Made by a program: the position numbers and the translations under genes. Below the pieces are notes generated by a model. That model had not been told where the DNA came from. It worked only from the letters and a program-made list of their open reading frames with translations, and did not search any database. Positions 55,226-64,000 of a stretch of 64,000 nt of DNA are shown here, one piece after another (positions within the stretch are counted from its first letter, which is position 1; the number at the start of each line of letters is the position of its first letter). This DNA comes from Balanoglossus misakiensis. Lineage: Eukaryota; Animalia; Hemichordata. The stretch is from NCBI GenBank assembly GCA_040954595.2, contig CM082587.2, positions 9,181,403 to 9,245,402 of the forward strand, in the 5' to 3' direction.

Positions 55226-55312
55226 GATCTGTATATATTGTGTCCATCCTTTATGGTGCCTTGATTAGAAGGGCAACTGCGACAGTACCGGTACGTTCTG
55301 ATGATAGGTAGG

Positions 55313-56858
55313 ATGGCGATCTCTGTTGCTGTCATATTCCTGACTGTTTTGACACTGGTCTGCTCACATACAAGTGTGCACACAGCACAAGTTGGTAAGT
55401 TGTACAGATTTTGACTTGGACAATTGTGAAAGTATAATTATTCAATTTGGCAGATTGTCCAAGAGTGGTGTGGCTTAAACTTTAAGTTGGTGGATTAGCC
55501 CTGGAGAAACACAAATCACTGTCACTAACAAATTAGACATGAAAACTGAAATATCCCTCTACCTAGCTCTGCGTGGCAGGGCTGTGTTGTTACGGCGAGT
55601 CTGGAGCCGTAACAACACAGCCCTGCCACGCAGAGCTACCCTCTACCCAGAGGTAGTGCTGTGTTTAGACTGTTTACCATACTAGCAGAGGCTGTTAAAA
55701 TTGGGGGACGTGACGTGATAGCTTTGGCCTAGCTACAAGCATATAGACAGTAGAGGGGGGAAAGGGAGTCTACATCAGATCCATGTTTGAGTTTGACACT
55801 TTTATTTATATAATCATAGAATTGAAGTAGCCAAAGAACATCTGTCTAATGTTGCACATTTTAATACTGCTTCTTTCCAACATTTTGTCTACAGAAATGT
55901 GCGTTGTTGGCCCACCACCGACCAATGGTTTTTACCGAGGCAACCTAAGACAAGGCACAAGTGTGGTTCATGAAACGACTCTTGACATCCGTTGTCGTTC
56001 AGGATATGATCTTAGCCAAGAAGAATCTACAAGTTGTTACAATGGCACTTGGCAAAACTTAACCACATGTGATGCAAGTAAGTTCAGACCACAGTCAGTT
56101 GGTACATGGGTGTTTTTGGGTCTAATGGGTGTGTTATATTTTGTCCTAAACATTAAGTGAGAGACTTTTCGCAACAGATGACAGTCAAAGCTGATGTAGT
56201 CACAGTCTGTTTTCTTTCAATGTATTGATTTGTAGGACCCTGCCAACTTCTGCATGAGCCAAGCAATGGCCGTACAAACCAAGACAGAACACAGATCACC
56301 GTGCAACACACACGTCACTTACACCTGTGATAGGGGGTACTAATCTTAATGGTGGACAGAGGCTTTGCTGGTATGGAAATTGGACTCCGCGAGATTCAAC
56401 TACATGTAGAGCTCGTAAGTGTTAAAAAAACAGTAAATTAAATTTTGTTGTTTTTTTGCATGTATGTCAGTTGTTTTGCAATCATCATCCTGATGAATTG
56501 TTTATGCATACACATTGTGGAATCATTCTCACCATTAAAACTACACAGCCTGTTTCAATTTTACTGAACCAAGAAGAAGTTTAATTAGTTCATGTCGAGA
56601 AGAATACAAGTTATATGTAAATTGTGTGATTTGATGTCATTTTCACAGGTCAGTGTCCATTGGAAACCAATATTCGACATGGAACTGTGACATTTCTGGA
56701 TGCAAATGGCAATAGATTCAGATATCCAAGGGCAAGAGACCTCATACAGTGGACTCAAAGGAAATTTAGCTGTGACCAGGGATACACTCTTTTTGGTGAC
56801 GACAGAAATATCTGTGACGAAGGTCAGTGGACTCAAAATCAGACAGTTTGTAATCCAG
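55313..56858 (+). pseudogene. 3'-truncated copy of the CCP gene (signal exon plus three CCP exons)
   Basis: Exons 55313-55394, 55895-56077, 56236-56414 (179 nt, frameshifted with stops) and 56649-56858; homology ends at ~56960. Confidence 0.75.
55564..55638. mobile_element. 75-bp AcademH-like hairpin MITE, absent from the paralog (~43970)
   Basis: ccctctacc|TAGCTCTGCGTGGCAGGGC..GAGTCTGG..GCCCTGCCACGCAGAGCTA|ccctctacc. Confidence 0.85.
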
Positions 56859-56960
56859 GTGAGTGTTTTAACTTATTCATTCAGTTACTGGTGCATAGAA
56901 GCTCGCGTTCAAATCTCAAAGACAGTAACCATGCGAGTTACTGTCTTTGGAAAAGATGAT

Positions 56961-57430
56961 TAAATTGTACAACTCAGTTTGCAGCTGAATTGTACCATCT
57001 GTTGCAATTGTGCCAAAGATGACATAGACTGATCCTCGGTTTTCAATATGTGGACACTGACATCCATTCTGTCTCCGTACTGGTCCTCGCACAACTTCTA
57101 AAGTTTGAATGGGTCTGTCAGACATTGGAATGCTTGTCATGACGAAAAAGAAGTAGAAAATGCCCCTTTCTTTCTCTACAACATGAGTGAGATTACCAAA
57201 GAGAACAGCAGGAAAAGCAAATGAAATTAGAGATGAAATGAAAATTGAAACTTTTCAAAATCATGATTTCAACAAACAAAGTCACACATAGTAACAGTGA
57301 CTACAGTGACCGCGACACTTACCAAAGTAATGCCCATATTTTGCACGCTCACAGGCAATCTGAAGAGAATCTGGACCACATGACGTATGACATAAATTTC
57401 TTTCGAACGGGGGTTCGTCTACCAAGCTTT
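56961..57430 (-). pseudogene. Inverted, more diverged paralog fragment: last two exons (NTR-like) of the CCP gene
   Basis: ESLVDEPPFERNLCHTSCGPDSLQIACERAKYGHYF|gtaag and LFGNLTHVVE..DRPIQTLEVVRGPVRRQNGCQCPHIENRGSVYVIFG. Last acceptor is mutated (cctgctg) and the C-terminus is deleted into the 3' UTR. Confidence 0.8.
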
Positions 57431-57839
57431 CTGGAAAAGCAGAACAATAACTCATTGTATTCACATTTTCATAAAATTTGTAGCCACACACAAGTTACAA
57501 TGGCTGGTCTTTCTGCATGAGTGTAGTGTGTTTAGCTGATTGGACAGCATGCACACCTAATTTCGGTTGCCAAAGAATATCAGACTATTTGGTGCATTAA
57601 TACTATCAATTTACGTCTTTTTCTGGTTGTTCCATGTCTGTAAAAAGACGCTTAAATCTGTAATTCTTGAATGCGGATATAAAAAATATGTGCAACTTCA
57701 ATATAAATATTTATTGTGCAATAAGCAAAACTACCAATTAGAAGAAACCTTTCTAAATGGCTTATCATTTTTCTATAATTAAAAATTTATCATACCAAAA
57801 AACACCTCCTTCATTTAAATGGTACATATATGGATTTAT

Positions 57840-58127
57840 AGATTCTCACACTCGCGGCACGCTGGGAGTGTGGGATCAGAGTGTGAGACCAAACCGATCC
57901 CGCTCTCTCATTGAATCGTAAGCTGTATATGACGCAAGCGCTGATTGGTTGACAAAGAGTACTTTTGCTAACGCGCGCTAAATGTTATCCAATGGCGTAA
58001 TGTGTACTATAGGGACAGAGACTACAACTTGCCCAGACGACAGTCATTTATTCGATGTTTTTTAACGAATTTGGCTAATATGTGGAGAGCATCGGAAGAA
58101 GCAAAGGCGTCTGGGTAACCGAGACTA
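57840..58127 (+). mobile_element. AcademH-like element end abutting duplicated TMEM70 block B
   Basis: Ends ..GCGTCTGGGTAACCGAGACTA, with internal inverted gcccagacg at 58031. The segment at 57844-57908 matches 32197-32266 in reverse orientation. No matching left TIR seen. Confidence 0.5.
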
Positions 58128-58189
58128 GGCTATTCTTGAAGCGTGAAGACTGTAACTTTACTTGAAAAGAGGCCGAATTCGAAAGAACT

Positions 58190-60890
58190 ATGGCGCAGGC
58201 ATCCTTGTGCAAGCTTCGAATGGCATCATTAACATTGGAGCAGATTTCAGGAAGGATGGTACGTTGCTACCTCCATTAGCTGCGTGCTGCTACAATCAAT
58301 GCCCGGGAATCATTGCAGCTACTCCACGCTACAGGTCTGTTTGCTGCAGTTTGCAGCCCCTCCATCTCCCCTGGACGATTTTTGGTTTTGCGGGGAGAGG
58401 GCGGGATTTGGCGAAAAAATTGTGGACTGGAGTGTAGTGGAGTGTAGAAATTCGCTCCGGCCCAAAATCCCGGTCGCTCGTTGTGCGGTTTAGGGACCGT
58501 TCAGTTTTTATGGCCGGGGGGGGGGGGGGGGCGGCAAAATCCAGGGGGGGGGGGTCACTTAAATTTTGAAGTCCTAAAGGGGGGGGGGGGTCATCTGGTT
58601 TTTTTAAACGTTTAGGGGGGGGTCACATACTTTTGCCACTGAACTTTTGCTTTTGAGTCCACAAAATTGCAGTTTCGCGCCCTTTATTTTGCTAAATTTT
58701 CTAATGTGGGAGGGGTACACCCTTTCCCACACCCACCCCCTTCATTCGCCGCCACATTTCATTTTTTGCTGGTTTGTTTAGTGTACCAGGGCAGAGTGCT
58801 TGCCACCCCAACCCCACCGATGATAATATTTAACAAAGTAAATACATAAGGGAGAATAATCGTTTAAACCATTTCGCATAACTGATAGTTTCGCGCTGCA
58901 TCTTCTATATACTAGAAGTTTTATAAATGATGTCATGACGTGGATGGCGCCAAATCTTCTAACTTTGAGTGGAGTGGCAAAAGTAAAATTGGTCCTCCCA
59001 AACATTGAGATATTTGCTTTTGAGTTCATTAAAATGCTACTTTGCGCTACATATTTTACAAAATTTTCTTATGTGGTAGGGGCAGACCCCCTCCCACACC
59101 CACCGGCACCCCCTCCATGCATTTATTCGCTGGTTTGTCTAGTGTACCGGGGCAGACTTCTTGCCACCCCACCCCCGATGCCTACTTTGAGTGGAGTGGC
59201 AAAATTAAAATTTGTCCTCCCTAACATTGAGATAATTTGCTTTTGAGTTTGTTAAAATGCAACTGTGAGCACCGTATTTTACAAAATTTTCTTATGTGGG
59301 AGGGGGACACCCCCTCCCACGCCCACCCCCGCCACTTTTCTTGTTTTACCAATTCTAGCAACTATTGTATTGACTTGTCATTTTAATTTGTTCATAGATT
59401 TCTTTATTGCAACGATATACTATTATATACTTCAATTACTTTAAGAAATTTATAATTGAGGTGTGAGGAGCCTCATTCCCTTTATTGCATACAGTGTATG
59501 ATAGGATCAGGACGGCGAATGTTTTCGGCGGGGGTGGGGGGGGGTCATCATATTTTTGGGTCTGTCAAAGGGGGGGGGTCATCATTTTTTGGTCCTGGAC
59601 GAAGGGGGGGGGGGGGTCGGCCTGATTTTGAAAACCGATGACACAAACTTGCCGGCCCCCCCCCCCCCCCTGCCGTAAAAACTGAACGGTCCCTTAGTAT
59701 AGCTCGGACCTGCAGCCCCGCCCTCTCCCCGCAAAACCAAAAATCGTCCAGGGGAGATGGAGGGGCTGCAAACTGCAGCAACAGGTCTGTGTGCTCCCGG
59801 CGTTTACACGGTAACGCCGGGGGCACACAGACCTGCGCAGGGCTACTCCATGTTATGATTGACCACAGTCCCTCTGTAATACAGGGGCTGTGGATTGACC
59901 GATCTCTGTCCTTCCTGCATGGTAACTATTTGTATCAGCATGGTCACTACATTGTGGAGTGTCCGTGGTATCAGTTGCTAATCCAGAATGCAAGCTATAG
60001 AATCCCTAGTAGAACCTGCTAATTCACTGATGAACTCATCAGCAGATTAAGTTGATAAAATAAACACCCATGGAACCAATCATTGTAGTATTACAGATAT
60101 ATAATGCAATATGTGGACTTCATTAATTTATAGTGTGCTTTCTTCTTGGCCCAATCAAGTCTTACTTTGATTGATTAATTTTAGTGCCTTTCAATTTCAG
60201 GTATTTCCCCCCGCTAACAGTCTTCTGTCTATGCAAGTTGTACCAAGAACAACAAATTCAAGAACACTAGCTCATCACTTTAACAGGAAAGTCAACAATG
60301 CAAAACCACGTCAAGTAGACTTGTCATCACAGGCACAGTATTCATCATATGATGATGTCACCAGACTAAGGCAACAGTATGTTAGAGTTGCAGAGCAGCA
60401 GAGAGATGGCAAAGACAAGAACATCCTTGTCTATGAAGCTACAGCAACAAAATATCTTTGGGGTGCCTGTGCTGTCTTCTATGGAAGCTCTGTGTTAGCA
60501 ATGGGCTTTTTGCCTTACAACATCAACAAGATTTTTTTATCAAGTGGACCGATCCTGTTCGATCAGAACCAGACTTTACTTGTGACAGTGCTTATAAATC
60601 TATGGGTCGTAGCACAACCTCTAGTCTTAAGAATGTTTAGAAAACGATACGTTATTCGTTGCTATTTTAATAAGGTTACTGATACTTACACATTTATTAT
60701 GCAATCTTGGTTTCTGCTTTCCAAGAAAGTTAAAGTGAAACCAAGTGAGGTTTTAGATGTTTCACAAGGCAGTAGAAATTTTCTAACCAATTCGTTCACC
60801 TCATTCTATGCCAATGGAAGACCATACTTTGTTGTTTCTGACCGTTTTAAGCTGCCATACTATTACAACCATCTGATGGGATATGAATAA
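58190..60890 (+). CDS. TMEM70: TMEM70-like protein, copy B (exons 58190-58258, 60201-60890; 252 aa)
   Basis: Intact ORF and splice sites; differs from copy A at T>S (exon 1), T>N and S>R. Confidence 0.75.
58341..59781. mobile_element. TIR element with ~65-bp TIRs and 9-bp TSD (Academ- or Mutator-like), absent from copy A
   Basis: caggtctgt|TTGCTGCAGTTTGCAGCCCCTCC..GGAGGGGCTGCAAACTGCAGCAA|caggtctgt; empty site caagtctgt at ~34696. Confidence 0.85.
58493..59693. mobile_element. PIF/Harbinger-type MITE nested in the 9-bp-TSD element
   Basis: TTA|GGGACCGTTCAGTTTTTA ... TAAAAACTGAACGGTCCC|TTA, poly-G tracts; a related end fragment lies at 18179. Confidence 0.85.
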
Positions 60891-62802
60891 GTAACAAAAC
60901 TGCCTGGTTGACATCAAGCTTATTAAATCACTCTGCCTGCATGCTTGTTTAATCTACCACTGTACCAGAAAGCAAATTTGATTTCAGTTCTGTGGGTCCA
61001 AGACCGACTTGTTTTGTCTACGGAACCGGCAGGGTACTCGTATGAAAGCATGCATGTATATATGCATAATTTCTGTGCTTCACAATTCTTGTTGTAATGA
61101 TCATTTTTTCAATGGTAAAAGTATAGAATAAAAATCTTGTATAATATACACAATAATAATACGTCACAACATTTTGCAACATCACATGCACCCACAACAC
61201 GTAAGGGTGGTGAAGTTGAGGTTTGTTGCTGTCTAGAATCTTATATCACCCAGTATGGTCTGATAATTTTCAATCAAAAATGCCAGGTGGGCGTGTACCC
61301 CAAAGCCAGTCCAGTCGACTTTTTTTCGCCTTAGGGAATGTATTTGAAGTATTTTATTGTGGAAAAAATATGTGAAATATTGCAGCTATAGAGGCTTTAA
61401 AGGTCACAGGCAATGTTTGAAAATGCTCCTACGATAGAGATTTCAACTGGAAATCAACGGCATGGCACTGACACTTTAAAAAAAAATTTGCCTGTAGTGT
61501 TTCACAATGTTGCAGCTGGGAATTAGACCAAAAAGTTACTGAGGGTGAACCTATGAAAACACTAGTGAGCAGACAAGAATACTCTCAAAAGTTGTCAATA
61601 AAACTGGCATCTTACACAGTCTTATGGAAACAAGGGAGACTTTTATTCTCTTGGACAAAATTATATATGGTAGTGACCATGTACAACAAAATAACCATAT
61701 TACAAAACAGACGGACAACAAATCTAAACCAATTGTCAATGTCCAACTTCTTTAAATTCTGATATTGGAAATGTTCAATATTTAGGTACGGTAATTTTTT
61801 GTCAATTTCTTTGTTTTTGGGCAACAAATCTTCTAAACCAATTGTCATGTTGCTTTGAAAGTTACTCTTTACAAGAACTTGCACTACATGTTTACATAAC
61901 TTTAAAGGGTCTATGACACGCCCATACCCACAACACATAAAATCACTCTTTGGGTGTTGAAGGTGAGCTTTGTTGCTGTCTAGAATCTCATAGCCCCGCT
62001 TATGGTTTAATATTTGAAAAAGTAGCAGGTGGGCCTGTACACCAAAGCCAGTCAAGTGGACTTTTTCCTCTTTCTGAAGTTTATCTGACTGTTTTCTTAA
62101 TTCGGATATTAAGTTGCTCACACCCTGTAATAATCCTATAGGCCTTATATGGATGGTCACACCCACTCCATTAAGACAGTTGTGAAACGTCTCAGATCAA
62201 ATACTAGCGTAAATTATTATGTGTGAACGGTTTAAGTGGTCCTGAAACGTCTCAGATTTGAGACGGCTTTGCTGGCCAGACCTGAGCCAGTGTAAGGATT
62301 AACACCTCTCCGCAACCCATTGTCTATGGGGTCGAGCCTCAGCACCTATACACAAACTTTGTGTATGTGGACACAAGCGACTCAAAGGTAAGACATGTGT
62401 ACTGTATGGGGTTCACACACATGCTTCTAAGACGTCTCAGATCATATACTGGCATAAAAATGGCCAAATTGGGAATCACAGAATACATCAATAGTACATT
62501 GTTCTTGTACCAATTTTGAATGAATTTGGTCGAGGCAGGTCCAAGTAATGGTTCCAGACAGTCAGGCAGAGGGAAATCTAATAGACTAGACTTGGTCCGT
62601 GGGGACTAATAGCGATTACATGGCCATAGTAATGGCTGTGAACAGACACAGCATGAAGGAATAGTTGGATGCAGCAAATCTCAACTCATGCCCCCTGACA
62701 TTGTCCACAGTGACTAAAGAATGGTGAACAATAAATGTCAACACATGTAAATTTCTTGTAAGCTTCTTGAAAATCGGCAACTTTCACGTGGCAGTGTCAG
62801 CA

Positions 62803-62955
<153 letters not shown>

Positions 62956-64000
62956 CTAAAGCAAGCCAATTGGATACAATGCACTTTTAGAAAATGTATT
63001 ATATATTCCAAACACAAATATTTTACTGAAAATAAAATAAATTCCAGGAACTTAAATTCTACATATAAAATTCTTACCTCCTAAAGATACCTTAGCTTTA
63101 AAGGCCAAGGATCGTCTTATGTGCACATGCCTAATTTCATGTGTACAAATATTACGTCAAATCCAAATGTTTTGCAGATTTTGCATTTGACACATTCAAA
63201 TAGTGGACTGCCGACACATCCTTTCATATTTCATGCAAACTGTACACATATACTTTAGTTTTGTTCCTTCTTTTCACTCAATTTTCCGTCTTTTTCCGAT
63301 CTCCGACACAGACTACGGTCGTCACCATCTTGTCTGTTGTTAGGACAGCACACTGCCATATGGCATTGACTACATACAATTTTATAAACCAGAGTCCCTG
63401 GTTGGCACATGCGAATTAGACGATCGTTGCCCTTTTACGGTCTACTACTGGAGAAGGACATATTTTCAAAATTTTCATGAGATACATGCATTTCGAAAAT
63501 CCAAAATTGAGGCTGAAGTCACGCGACAGATCAATACTTCATTGGCTTTAAGTTTATTGGCCCTTTACATTCTGAGATATGGAATATGCATATACTTTCG
63601 GAAATCCAAAATGGCTGCCATAAGAGTTGACAATTCACAACCCCATTCACAAACTTGATAGATATTGGTTAGATGTCCACGTGCACCTTATCCCACTACT
63701 CAGTAATCACTGGTTCTGGAGACAAAGTTCTTTGAAATTTTAATGCTTTTTCGAAAATCCAATATGGCGGCCAAACTAACCCATGTGACACCATGATTTT
63801 ATTGGCTACTTTTGAAGGTGAGATGACAAGTGTGCCACACAATAAATTTCAAGTGTAGATTTTGAGATATGGAATATTCACAATTTTGGGAAGTTCGATA
63901 TTGCTGCCATTTCAAGCCATTATTGAATGTTCAAATATGGTGTCAAATCTAGGAACATCAATACAGTCCTCAGTTTGTGGTGAAGGACTTATGTGTTTGA

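Larger units (their letters stand above)
58128..61645 (+). repeat. Segmental duplication block B (paralog 34492-36585)
   Basis: Near-identical to block A apart from a 1.45 kb nested TE insertion. Confidence 0.9.

Noticed and set aside
63440-64000. Upstream CNOT11 exon
   Set aside because: No RLVRLVCVFLQSL-type reading frame found; the sequence looks like degenerate repeat DNA in the last intron.

Overview
Intron-rich, AT-rich invertebrate animal DNA (the repeat landscape suggests a marine deuterostome or lophotrochozoan; inference only). Left half: two complete minus-strand housekeeping genes reconstructed exon by exon, DHX33 (21 exons, 655-17979) and CWF19L1 (14 exons, 22392-33179, one GC-AG intron). 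Between them lies a TIR element with an AT target duplication (ISL2EU-like) that encodes only a spliced THAP/DHDY/TQT protein and carries a nested P-like element. Right half: two near-identical, intact TMEM70-like genes (34554-35831 and 58190-60890) flank a ~21.5 kb block (36586-58127). That block holds four pieces of a LEV-9/Hikaru-genki-like secreted gene family (signal peptide-CCP repeats-Ig-CCP-follistatin/Kazal-NTR-like), an RTEX-like LINE and an RT-deleted CR1 LINE. The block ends exactly at an AcademH-like terminus. The last exon of CNOT11 (minus strand) is near the right edge. Best hypothesis: a transposon-associated composite insertion placed the CCP gene array into an ancestral CWF19L1-TMEM70-CNOT11 locus and duplicated TMEM70 as a ~2.1 kb flanking direct repeat. 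Many MITEs are present (Harbinger-, Pangu-, Kolobok-, piggyBac-, Tc1/pogo- and AcademH-like), several confirmed by empty sites in the paralogous copy. All family assignments are from motif recognition, with no database search.
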